A stretch of 64,000 nt of DNA from Octopus vulgaris (GCA_951406725.2 OX597822.1:27094001-27158000); one strand, 5' to 3'. Counted from the stretch's first letter, positions 1 through 11,387 are shown. Translations and numbers: made by a program. Notes: generated by a model not told the origin, from the sequence alone.

Positions 1-47
1 TCATCTCGGTCCACTGTCATTTCCTTCGTGAGCCCCAGCATCCTAAG

Positions 48-123
<76 letters not shown>

Positions 124-129
<6 letters not shown>

Positions 130-247
130 TACAAACTGGGTCAAGAACGCAAAACATTTAGAAGACGATACAAAAAACACGGACGGGACATTCGAAGCCT
201 TCAATCTTCAGTCAAGAATCGGATCATTCTCGCAATTTCGGCTGATA
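124..247 (-). mobile_element. Truncated Penelope-like terminal repeat fragment between (TA)n tracts
   Basis: The minus strand begins atatcagccGAAAttgc, the 3' half of a hammerhead-like core similar to 46566-46580. It ends in a T-rich tail (ttttttgtatcgtc...atgttttgcgttcttg) that closely resembles 32520-32580. Family assignment is inference. Confidence 0.45.
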
Positions 248-255
248 TATATATA

Positions 256-379
256 CAGGGTGTCCACAAAGTCTGGGTACATGGGGATTAACACATACTT
301 TAAGAAATTATGATTTCTTATATTTAATTCTATATGTTATGATTTTATTTACTCCATATACCCAGACCTTGTGGACACG

Positions 380-382
<3 letters not shown>
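256..382. mobile_element. 127-bp Tc1/mariner-type MITE
   Basis: About 29-bp imperfect TIRs (cagggtgtccacaaagtctgggtacatgg / ccatatacccagaccttgtggacacgctg) with TA on both sides and an AT-rich non-coding interior. Confidence 0.85.
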
Positions 383-430
<48 letters not shown>

Positions 431-431
<1 letters not shown>

Positions 432-884
432 TATAATTAAGGGCTAAAGAAGGTTATTCTATAGCCAATACACTGATTTATCCACTTATAATCCACTTGT
501 TATAGGAAAATGTACTTAAATGTAGTTGTGTTTTTAGCTTCTGCTTTTTCCATGATCACATGTGAGTATTTTATTTATGTTCCCTCGTAAGCTCTACTGA
601 AGAAGAATATATCCTTTATAGGGATTAATTCCGAAATTGATTCAATATAGAGATAACGAAATTTAAATTTTCTAAAGGTTAGTTGCCCGCTTTCAGTTCA
701 ATTTTCCTGTAACAAGTGGATTATAAGTGGATAAATCAGTGTATTGGCTATAGAATAACCTTCTTTAGCCCTTAATTATAATATGTTTATACTTCAACCG
801 TAATGGGTTTTTTAATATACTGCCACGCTTTTTGATGGAATCCTATTCTGTAGAGAAAGGGACTTCATCCTATATTGTTAGTAG

Positions 885-888
<4 letters not shown>
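431..888 (+). mobile_element. Penelope-like fold-back element with hammerhead ribozyme
   Basis: 431-511 is the reverse complement of 701-781 with one mismatch. A hammerhead core lies between the arms and both flanks are (TA)n. Confidence 0.7.
592..652 (+). ncRNA. Minimal type-I hammerhead ribozyme
   Basis: Stem I ctcta (592-596) pairs with tagag (648-652). CUGAAGA at 597-603, stem II gaat..atccttt/ata/gggat..attc at 604-632, GAAA at 633-636, palindromic stem III ttga-t-tcaa at 637-645, AUA cleavage triplet ending at 647. Confidence 0.8.
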
Positions 889-931
<43 letters not shown>

Positions 932-936
932 ACTAG

Positions 937-983
<47 letters not shown>

Positions 984-1648
984 AAAGAAAGATAAATGAA
1001 TAATGAGAGAGAAACTGAGAGAATGCCATGGCGATAGACAGCCTGTTCGGCAGGCAGCATGCTAGAGTAATCGCCCTGACAGACTGCTAATTGTTTATTT
1101 ATTGGATGGCTATAACAGAAATAAATTAGACATCTCGGTAGTTAATTTTAGTAATTTAATTAATCCTAGCTAGACAGAATATTAGATGTCTGCATCAATA
1201 TTTCCCACAAGTGGGCTGCTTATATTTACGTGCGGACAGTTTAACAAGGTCAATAACAGTGTGCCAACAGCGCCCGTGTTTTAGACGCGAATACTTGTGT
1301 AAGTTTAAATAGATGCTGATGTAATGCTATTACTGTGTTGATATATATTTGGCGCTGACACGACTATTAAACACAAGAGGTATTGGCCGATAGCAAAAAT
1401 ATCATCAACACTTGCCGGTGTGCATCTTTAATTATGAAATCTATTCATGAATGAGATATGCGCGTTTACTAGCTAAGTTATTTTCGTCTATGTAAAATAA
1501 GGACCCATTTTATTCTTTCCATTGAGAATAGAGATCCAGAATTGTAACAACGTAGGATTCAGGAGCCCACAGGTTTTTGCTATTTTGCTGGAAGATCTTA
1601 GAGAATTACAAATCAGATGTTGGTGACTACGAAAAATACTTAGATAGT

Positions 1649-2031
1649 GGATCTTTTCGGTTTGACTGGCAGTTTTTAACATAATTTCTAGGTAACTAAG
1701 CACTTTTAAACTTGGCTTTATTGAGAAAATTCTATGGTTTGTAAGATATTTGTCGTTTTTTTTCTTCAATTCTGCAATTTCAACCAATCACTGACGTCCA
1801 TTGGGGTAAAAAACATTCTGTGCCGTATGAATATGTCCCTCGTTTAAGAAACAGATTGGGTTTATTTACATTTGTGAAGAAAAAAGATACCCTTCCCCCC
1901 ACCCCTAACCCTAACTAACCCTAACCCTAAAACAGATTGAAATGCAATAGATCGATACTAGGGTCATAATTATGGGTGACAATTTCATATGACACTGCTA
2001 GAAAAAAACTGCCGTTCAAACCGAATGATCC
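1649..2031 (+). mobile_element. MITE with GG-terminal TIRs and 8-bp TSD (Merlin- or hAT-like), copy 1
   Basis: TIRs ggatcttttcggtttgactggcagttttt / aaaaactgccgttcaaaccgaatgatcc. Perfect TSD tagatagt at 1641-1648 and 2032-2039. Internal CCCTAA repeats. Near-identical to 22044-22453. Confidence 0.9.
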
Positions 2032-2041
2032 TAGATAGTTT

Positions 2042-2109
<68 letters not shown>

Positions 2110-2303
2110 CCAACCCAAGTTACGGCAAGAAACGATAAGAAGTGTAGCGATGTCTAAGTCCTTCATTTACCAAATCCAAATACAGAGCGAGGTTGTAGAG
2201 AAGAAATTTGAAATCACCAACAGCGATCATCCTGTGTAACTACAACATGTGGCTGGAACAGGTAAAAGTTATATAAAAAAGAATATTTACACATAGAGGT
2301 ATA

Positions 2304-2476
2304 GGCGTGGCTGTGTGGTAAGATGCTTGCTTCTCAGCTACATATTTCCAGGTTCAGTCCCACTGAGTGGCAGCTTCAGCAAGTGTCTTCTACTACAGCC
2401 ACGGGCCGACCAAAGCCTTGTAAGTGGATTTGGTAGACGAAAACTGAAAGAAGCCCGTCGTATATATATACATATA

Positions 2477-2509
<33 letters not shown>

Positions 2510-2702
2510 ATCACCCACCATTGCTTGACAACCAATGTAGGTGTGTTTATGTCATCGAAAATTAGCGGTTCGGCAAAAGAGACCGATAGAATAAGTATTA
2601 GGCTTACAAAGTGTAAGTCCTGAGGTCGATTTCTTCGACTAAAAGCGATGCTTCAGCATGACTGCATTCAAATGACAGAAACAAATAAAAGAATAAAAGA
2701 AT
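2304..2702 (+). mobile_element. SINE family B (tRNA head, CORE-like body, internal microsatellite, 3' module)
   Basis: A-box-like tggctgtgtgg and B-box-like ggttcagtccc, body gcaagtgtcttctacta...gaaagaagcccgtcg, then (TA)(TG) tract, then a second conserved module ending gaaacaaataaaagaataaaagaa. Repeated elsewhere in the window. Confidence 0.85.
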
Positions 2703-3135
2703 AACAGAATATATATATATATATATAACTTAAATTTTTGCGGAATCGAATCTTCTACACAAACAAATGTGTTCTGGGGCTAACCAAAATCTGCAAATGT
2801 ATTTTATGCAGCTGTTACGCTTGACGACTATGTGAGATGGTTGGGTATGGTCCAACCGGTGCACTGGCCTGGGGCCTGTGAATTTTTGACTAGGTCCCCA
2901 ATCCAACCTTTACAGGTGGAGCCCAGATGAAAGGTAGCTCCATCTTGCAAATTTTCTCTCAGAGGTCTTTTACACGCTATTCCTTCAGAAAACCAAGGTA
3001 TTAACAGCAAAGGATTTCATCGTTGTACTTTAGCCGCTTGCTGTATATTTATAAGAATTAACACAAATGAAAGAAACAGCATGGCATCAAAAATTACTGT
3101 TCTAATAAGAAATGTAGCATTAATATAAAGAATTA

Positions 3136-3296
3136 GGTTGTGTGGTTAGAAGTTTGCTTCTCAGCCACATAGTTCCGTGTTCAGTTCCACCGTGTAGCAC
3201 CTTGGGCAATTGTCTTCTACTGTAGCCTCAGTCCGACTAAAGCCTTGTGAGTGGACTTGGTTGTCAGAAACTGAAAGAAACCCGTCACATATATAC

Positions 3297-3359
<63 letters not shown>

Positions 3360-3510
3360 ATGTGTGTGTTTGTACCTGCGTTTGTCCCCACCCCCGCTTG
3401 ACAACTGGCGTCTGTGTGTTTGCGGTCCCTAACCAAGGGGTTCGGCGAAAATAACCGAAAGAATAAGAACCAGGCTTTAAAAAATAAGTACTAGAGTCGA
3501 TTCATTCGAC
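3136..3510 (+). mobile_element. SINE family B copy
   Basis: Colinear with 2304-2702, with a longer internal (TA)n. Contains gcaccttgggcaa, which resembles the CORE-SINE motif. Confidence 0.85.
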
Positions 3511-4336
3511 TAAAAATTCAAGGCGGTGCCCCAGCATGGCCGCGGTCTAATGACTGAAACCGATAAAAGATACATGAGATGGGTGTCTGAATAGTTAGAG
3601 CGTCCCATTGCACTTTTTAGCTTCAGTTCATTATGTCGAGGTCAACTATTCTGTCCAGGTAAAAAAAATATAATGTAAGAGATCGATACTGAGGTCGATA
3701 TAATAACTGATGTCATACAAGTTTTGTCATGCAAGAATCAACGGCTGATAACCCCGAGCGATTCTTTGAAGCGTTACTGGTGTTTTAAGGTTTGACGAGG
3801 GTGGCCTCAGAATTTATATAGAGAACAGCGACTCCAGGTTATCATTAGTTTTAAAAGACATAATAAAGATGGAACGGTACTACACAAATCCTTTAATAAA
3901 TGGTTTACATTGTACATCCAGCATCGAACTCTCCGTAGTCAGAAGAAAACCCCTCCTACTCATTATAAGGTTTTCAGTTTAACCCTTAATATTACTGAAT
4001 ATTTCAGCAGCTCTCATTATGCAGTTAAACTCTAATTGTTCGCTGTTAAGTAGTTAAACGCTTACAACTAGAAGCTAACGAATAAACTGTAGGCTCCAAT
4101 AATATACATGTACGAGAAAAACGACCCCCGTCCAATGGACGGTGCTGAGTTGTCAAACATTTAAACAAAATTTTCTCAAAACAACTTATCCGACCGTCCC
4201 ATAGGCCTCCCCTTTGAGAAACACTGATTTAACCTAAATTTGAGACACCTGCAAAAGAAGAAATAAAGATACACTTTTCTATTCCAAAGAAAAACGATTT
4301 TATTCACACAAATATGCAACCGAAGGGTTCAAAGTA

Positions 4337-4566
4337 CCAGTAAGTACATCGCAACAGCTGATGTACTTGCGCGTACTTATGCCCGTTCCCGCGGCTTTAT
4401 CGATCGCATTCTCACATGGAATCGATTTTTGTAATTTTTTCAAGACTTATACACGCCCTGGTACCGTCGGTATCTACATATCAAATTTGAGCGCAATCGG
4501 ATGGAGGATGCTCGAGATCCTAGAAGACACACACACAGATAGACAGAACGGATTTTGTATAATAGA
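4337..4566 (-). mobile_element. Non-autonomous Helitron-like element
   Basis: The minus strand starts A|TC (atctattatac), has a short CTGT/TGTG microsatellite near the 5' end, a 3' hairpin (aagtacatc 4342-4350 / gatgtactt 4360-4368) and ends CTGG|T. No TSD. The layout recalls Lep1-type Helitrons. Confidence 0.55.
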
Positions 4567-5039
4567 TATTTTCTTTTTAACAATGGTGCATGCTGAAATG
4601 AATATTTCTTTTGTTAAATTCGAATATTCACTGCAAAATTTTACTCACATTTTACAGATTCCTAGATCACAAATCATGTAGAGAATGTCAAATTTGTCAA
4701 TAATTTCTAAATAAACTATGTAGGCAGGCCATTTCTCCACGTGGTTCCTCCCCCGCTACAGTTCTCATTTATGACGCTATTACGGAAATGCTTATTTTCT
4801 CTTTTATCCTTAGTTAATTTGTGCATAATCTGACACATTAACTGTTCGTTACAATATATTAATTTAACACGAATCGTCAGCCAGACAATATTCATTTCTA
4901 ATTAGGTAAAAAGCAACAAATTCTTTCGAGAGAACCATTGACAATTGAACTTACCCCACCAGTTACTTATCAAATTATCACCGGAAACCTAAGACAGACA
5001 ATTTTATCACTTGATAATGTTTGTCAAAAATATCGTAAT

Positions 5040-6320
5040 CAATATTGGCTTCAAATGTTGGCACAACGCCAGCAATTTGGAAGGAGGAAGGAAGTCGATT
5101 ACGTCAACTCCAGTGCTCAACTGGTACTCATTTTATCGATTCCAAAAGGATGAAAGTCGACCGTTAAGCATTTTGGCCTGTACGCTAATGATTCTCGTCG
5201 TTTTAATATCGAAATTAATATTACTGCATAGGAATTTGAACTCAGAACGTAAAGACAAGCGAAATGCCGGTAAGTATTTTGCCCAGCGTGCTAACGATTC
5301 TGCAAGCCCACTGCCTTTCTAGGAGGTAATATTGATTTCAAATAAGGCGGTGAGCTGGCAGAAACGTTAGCACGCTGGGCGAAATGCTTAGCGGTATTTC
5401 GTCTGTCTTTACGTTCTGAATTCAAATTCCGCCGAGGTCGACTTTGCCTTTCATCCTTTCGGGGTCGATTAAATATGTACCAGTTACGCACTGGGGTCGA
5501 TATAATCGATTTAATCCGTTTGTCTGTCCTTGTTTTTCCCCTTTGTGTGTAGCCCCTTGTGGACAGTAAAGAAATAGGTATTTCGTCTGTCTTTACGTTC
5601 TGAGTTCAAATTCCACCGAGGTCGACTTTGCCTTTCCTCCTTTCGGGGTCGATAAATTAAGTACCAGATGCGTACTGGAGTCGATCTAATCGACTGGCCC
5701 CCTCCACAAAAATTTCGGGCCTTGTGCCTAGAGTAGAAAAGAATATTGATTTCAAATTTTGGCACCAGGTTAGCATGTTTTAGGGAGGGGCTAATTTGAT
5801 TAAATCGCTTCCAGTGTTCAACGGGTACTTATTTTATTGACTCCAAAAGGATGGAAGTAAAATCAACTACGGCAGAAATTGAACTCAGAAAGGATGACAG
5901 ACGAAATGCCTGCAAGCATTTCGACCGGCGTGCTAACGATTCTGCCAGCTTGCTGCCTTAAATTCTACGAGGCAATATTAATTTTGATATTAAGGCAGCA
6001 AGGAGGCGGTGGATTAGCAGAATCGTTTACACGCCGGACAGAATGCTTAGCGGCATTTCGTTGTAATTACGTTATGAGTTCAAATTCCATTGTGGATAAC
6101 GTTGCGTTTTACCTTTTCTGAGATCGATACAATAAATACCAGTTGAACACTGGGTTCGATAAAATCGACTTAGTCCACCCCCAGCCCGAAATTGTTTAAT
6201 CTTCTGCCAAAATTTGAAACCAGCACTGAGGCGACGAGAATCGTTAGCACACTAGACAAAATGCTTAGTGGTCGGCTTTGTCTTGCACCTTCTTCGAAAT
6301 TGTTGGCCTTGTGTTAAAAT
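5040..6320. mobile_element. Cluster of family-A SINE copies in both orientations
   Basis: A well-preserved + dimer at 5346-5744 is surrounded by decayed copies (about 5040-5310 minus, 5760-5960 minus, 6000-6320 plus) that share the gagttcaaattcc B box and the gactttgcctttcatcctttcggggtcgat core. Confidence 0.85.
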
Positions 6321-7721
6321 TTGAAGCCAATATTACCTCGTAGGGCAAAGGTGTTGGGAGAAATGGTCTTCACAAGAATCTGAGTAAGAGTCCTATTCGC
6401 CTTACGAAATATATTGGTACGAAATATATCGGTACAAATTAATTACCAGCAAAACAGGAAGGAAAGTAATATGGCAGAGCAGAAGGGAAAGAATGAATTA
6501 GAATATCTGGGGAAGAGAAAGAAAATGTAGAGGTGACATCAGAGCAGAGTAACTGGAGATGAAGAAAGAGAAGATGAAATTAATCACAGATCTCCTTTTT
6601 GAATACTGACATTTGCTTAACCAGGATAATGGTTCTACAGGACTTCTTTGATGCTATCGGTAACGTATTCAGCCGGTTTGCAAAAGATGCGTGAATGGAG
6701 TTCCATAGAAGGAGGTACTCTCTTTTAGGTTCTTAGAATGACAGATTCGGTAGAACGCTGCAGAAATTCCATGGGCTATTTAAGACACTTTTCTTCGTGA
6801 ATTATACATCCGCTGGAGTTAAATTTAACAGTAATGGGGTCGATATAATGAATTACCAGTTAAATACTGACAGCAATATAATCAAATCTCTCTCCTTTTC
6901 TCTCTCTCTTTTTTTTCTCTCTCTCTCTCCATCTCTCTCTGTATATATTTATACATGTATATGCTTATGTATATCTTATATATATTATATATACTATATA
7001 TTTTGTATATATTACATACATAAATGCATGCATGCATACATACATACATACATACATACATACATACATAGTCATACAGACTCTCGCACACACGCATATA
7101 TGGCAACGGTTATTTACTTGAAAATCCGATTTCTAGTCCTCCATTGCAGCATACAATATCGTAAATTCACTCAATCCATCCATCTTGCAAGAACCTTCCA
7201 ATTAGCTGTCCACCTACAGGCATTTTCAATACGATGCTCTTTCGCCATCGCCTTCATCACCATCCTTTACACTCTCTCATCTTCTTCCTATACACCAGTC
7301 TTTAACTAGAAAAGGTTTTCCTCCCTTCATCCTGGAGATAAGGATTATGTGCAGAGAATACTAAATTATATCGCTCCCCGCTGTCTGTTCTTTTAGCACC
7401 ACTCCTCCATCTTTCTTCTTTCCTTCCTTCCCTCCTTCCTTCCTTCCCTCCTTCCTTCCTTCCTTCCTTCCTTTCTTCACACACGCACACTCACATATTT
7501 ATATATTTGTTGCTTTATTTATTTCGTTTTTATTTCAAATGTCAGAAAGCTAAAGAAGCAATAAGATGGAATGTAAATGCTAATGTTCCATATTTGATCA
7601 CTGATCAAGTGGGATAGGAATGGAACAGCATAGACTGTAGGGTTTAATGATTTCCTCAAGCGTAGTTGATTAAAGATCTGAAAGGGATAGATTGATTGAT
7701 AGAAAAGCCACCCAAACAGAG

Positions 7722-7726
<5 letters not shown>

Positions 7727-7800
<74 letters not shown>
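7727..7800. repeat. (GA)n microsatellite
   Basis: Uninterrupted GA run; one example of many in the window. Confidence 0.95.
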
Positions 7801-7802
<2 letters not shown>

Positions 7803-8087
7803 CTGATAGAGAGACAGAGAGGAAAATAAACAGAGGGGCAAAGAGTGAGACCGAGCAGATGAATACACAGAAAATATGAGTGATACGATGTTATGATGAT
7901 GATGATTATGATGATGATGTATATATATATATATATATACATATATATACACACTACACATACATACATACAAGCACACACATGTACGCAGGAAGAAATA
8001 AAGGTAAACATGTGAGAGACAGGGATTGGAGACTGTGATACACACACACACACATATATATTGCAAGTATGTATGAGTGTTTGTGTA

Positions 8088-8118
<31 letters not shown>

Positions 8119-8121
<3 letters not shown>

Positions 8122-8273
8122 CGCTGATGTAGCCGAGTGGTGAGAAATTTGCTTCCTAACCACATGGCTCACTGCGTAGCACCTTGGGCAAGTGTTTTCT
8201 ACTATAACTTCGAGCCGACCAAAAGCTCAACAGTAGGTTTGGTAGACGGAAACTGAAAGAAGCTCGTCGCATT

Positions 8274-8275
<2 letters not shown>
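8119..8275 (+). mobile_element. SINE family B, 5' half only
   Basis: Matches the head and body of 2304-2460 and runs into (TA)n. Confidence 0.75.
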
Positions 8276-8324
<49 letters not shown>

Positions 8325-8326
<2 letters not shown>

Positions 8327-8594
8327 GAAGGGTGAAATTAATTAATTTGGAATAATTATCAATTACACCAAGTAGTCTTCGGCATGTAAAAGCCTCATTT
8401 GAGGAAAATTTAAGTAATACTAAGCAATAAAGGGTTTAGCAACTAGTTGCTTACCACATACCGAATTTAGAAATAGCAGTCAAAGAGTTATAGCTATTTC
8501 TTCTACTAAAAGTAGAAGAAATAGCTATAACTCTTTGACTGCTATTTCTAAAATTCGGTATGTGGTAAGGCAACTAGTTGCTAAACCTTTATTG

Positions 8595-8597
<3 letters not shown>
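8325..8597. repeat. Fold-back element with an about 175-bp near-perfect palindrome in (TA)n
   Basis: Arms at about 8422-8506 and 8510-8597 are reverse complements around a 3-nt centre (ttcttctact aaa agtagaagaa). A fragment of the same sequence occurs at about 51203-51240. Confidence 0.9.
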
Positions 8598-8641
<44 letters not shown>

Positions 8642-8642
8642 T

Positions 8643-8901
8643 TTCATATGACACCGGAACTTATTGCTGTTGACAACGATCCGGCAGAAATTGAATTCAC
8701 CTCAATAGACGTCATTGATTGGTTGAAATTGCCGAAATGCAAGAAAATAAACAAAAAATACCTTACAAACTACAGAATTTTCTCAAGAAAGCCAAGAGAA
8801 AAAGATGTTTTATAAACACATCCTACCAGTATACGAAGTTTAAAAGTGTTTAGTTACAAAGAAATTATTTTCAAAATCTGCCGGTCAAAGCGAAAAGATC
8901 C
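8643..8901 (-). mobile_element. Partial diverged copy of the 8-bp-TSD MITE family
   Basis: Reverse complement of the left half of 22044-22453, ending in the TIR gcgaaaagatcc. Confidence 0.8.
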
Positions 8902-8934
8902 TATATATATATATGTGTGTTTGTATGTATGTGT

Positions 8935-8978
<44 letters not shown>

Positions 8979-10850
8979 ATTGATGTCATAAAAATTCATA
9001 AACTTTCGTAAGAAAAAGGAATAATTATTTTTAGGAATTGGTTCTCGAAGTACACATAAAGCTTTAAATAACAACATATCGGTTTGAAAATGCCTCTTGG
9101 ACAGAAGTTGAAGGTTGCCCACAGGCCTCGAACCACATCTCCTGTAGACATGACAGACCTTTTATCATTGTAAGAAAGCAATTCAAATAATTGCTTTATC
9201 CATTTTAGAAACATTATTCTTTCTGCAAGAATTATACGCTGTTGATGGCATAAATATAAGAATTTATAAATTTCCGAGAGAACGTAGAATAATTCTGTTT
9301 TGGAATTGCTTCTCAAAGTACATACAAATCTATAAATGATATCAAAAGATTATTGGTTTTAAAACATTTTAAACTTGTCCATGGCGACAGAAAGAACGAT
9401 TTCACGGAAGAAAGAATTTTTGAAACATTAACGTAGAAGGAGGAAGCAGTAAGCTAGCAGAACCGTTAATACGTTGAAAACTACTTTGCCGTCTTTGTCC
9501 AGGTCTTTACGTTCTAGTTTTACTTCCCGCCGAGGTCAAAAACGCCTTCCATCCCTGCGTGGTGAATAAAATAAAGTATCAGTCTGTATCAAAATCGATG
9601 GTAGAGAATTAACCCCATCTTTCCAAACTGCTGGCCTTGTCTGTTTAAATCAGAAACCATTAATACAGAGAAGGGCCTTGAAATTTCACTCTTTTCTTTG
9701 AGCTGTTTGGTACAAAATGCAGTTTCCCCAACCACACTTTTTACAAATTAACTAACGTTTCAACACCAAACATACAGTGTGCACTGGTCGAAACGATGAT
9801 GGTAACTGAAAATAAAAGCGGTACAACATAAGCTTCGTAAAGACACGGTTACCATTTGCCTAATTTCACCATATAGCATGCATCGAAAGAAGAGTTGGAG
9901 GTTTTTCTACTACAGACTGTTTTTTTTTCAGGCTGAGAGAAACTGCAGTACAACACGAAATGGAAATAGAGAAGAGAGTCTGGGATAGGTAACTAACATA
10001 GAAGTAAGCTGCTAGATTTGAGACTTGGAACGAGTTTCCATTTTCAGCTGACGTCATCTCATTTAGTGTTGTTGCTAATGTCGCTGTGTATGTTTCCAAA
10101 TCACAACCTCTTCGTTAATTCAAACATCAATCTCCGTACAATAAAGAAAAAAAGAAAGGAAAAATGAAAAACCAAATAACAGCATTTCATTTTGGGACTA
10201 ATGGCAATTTAAAGTATAAATATTCATCGTTACGAATTTTACATTTTATAATTATCGCTGAAAATTTTTCAAATCTTTTGATTCGTCACGTCTTAAGACT
10301 TTCTCCAGTCATTATGATAAGAGATATTTTATTCCTAACGTACATAAACTTGTCAATAATCAATAAATTAGTTTCTATCTCAACTGCTAGACGTTGTACA
10401 GTTGTCTTTCAACAGAATAGGTCACATCGTTTATAAATTTACATAATTTTCAACGATACGGAAGAACTAAAGTATCATAATAAGCCAATTCATTGCAAAC
10501 AGCTTTTTTTAATGCTTTACAAATTTTTGTACAGCCCAAGGTAAGTTACCCAATTGTTCTTGCGTAAAATTGATATCGATTTCTTAAAAAGATGCATTGT
10601 ATCAGACGTGTGGTGGGAGAATAAGTTTGTATAACAACCATACCTTCAATATAACCTTTATAACAATGTTTTATACACACACGTAACAGTATAGGTGCAT
10701 ACGAACAAAGAAAAGAGTGTTATAGAGAGTTTAATGGACAAGGAGGCATGTCTATAAATTTTTAGGTGATATCAGTTGAATATATCTATCTGGGTATACA
10801 GCCATCCATCCATCCATCAATCGATCCATCGATACATATATATATATATA

Positions 10851-10971
10851 TTAATAAAAGGAATTCCAACCTTGTCTGATTTTCACGTTTTATTTACAAT
10901 CTTATAATGATATAATATAGGATAAAATAATAGAATAAAATAAAATAGTAGAATGTTAAATGTTCATTCTG
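10851..10971 (-). mobile_element. Fragment of the same Penelope-like terminal repeat as 32060-32180
   Basis: aattccaaccttg..attttcacgttttatttacaatcttataat...aaatgttcattctg is shared with 32070-32177. Confidence 0.75.
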
Positions 10972-10974
10972 TAC

Positions 10975-11228
10975 TTATTTAACATTGTCCCGAAAGAGAT
11001 CAAAGAAGAAAAGGATCCCATCAACTTTAAACGGAGTCTGGATAGATTCCTTCAAGGAATACCAGATAAGCCACCCATAATTGGATACAACTCACCCAAC
11101 AAAAACTCACTACTTGAATGGACCATAAACAAAACTTGACTTAGACAGGATTTAGATAATCCTATCAGGTGGTGCTATTAAGTTAGACATGGCCTGGACC
11201 AATCTTTGGTCGAAACATATCTAAGTTC
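10975..11228 (+). mobile_element. 5'-truncated LINE 3' end (CR1/L2/Jockey-group-like ORF2 C-terminus plus 3' UTR)
   Basis: 10975-11139 translates as LFNIVPKEIKEEKDPINFKRSLDRFLQGIPDKPPIIGYNSPNKNSLLEWTINKT*, which fits the (W/F)N-x-(L/V)P...FK-xx-LD-x-FL motif at the end of these ORF2 proteins. A 3' stem-loop (gacca atctt tggtc) precedes the microsatellite. Confidence 0.75.
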
Positions 11229-11387
11229 TATACATATATATATATACATACATATACATACATATACATACATATATATACATATATATGTACATATACA
11301 TACATATATAAATATATATACATACATACATATAAATACATATATACATACATACTTATAAATACATATATACATACATACTTATAA

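Noticed and set aside
1901-1930. CCCTAA repeats as a telomere or chromosome fusion site
   Set aside because: Only a few units, and they are an internal part of a MITE also present at 22335-22352.
7568-7590. miR-1-like tggaatgtaaa
   Set aside because: Only 11 nt match and there is no precursor-length hairpin.
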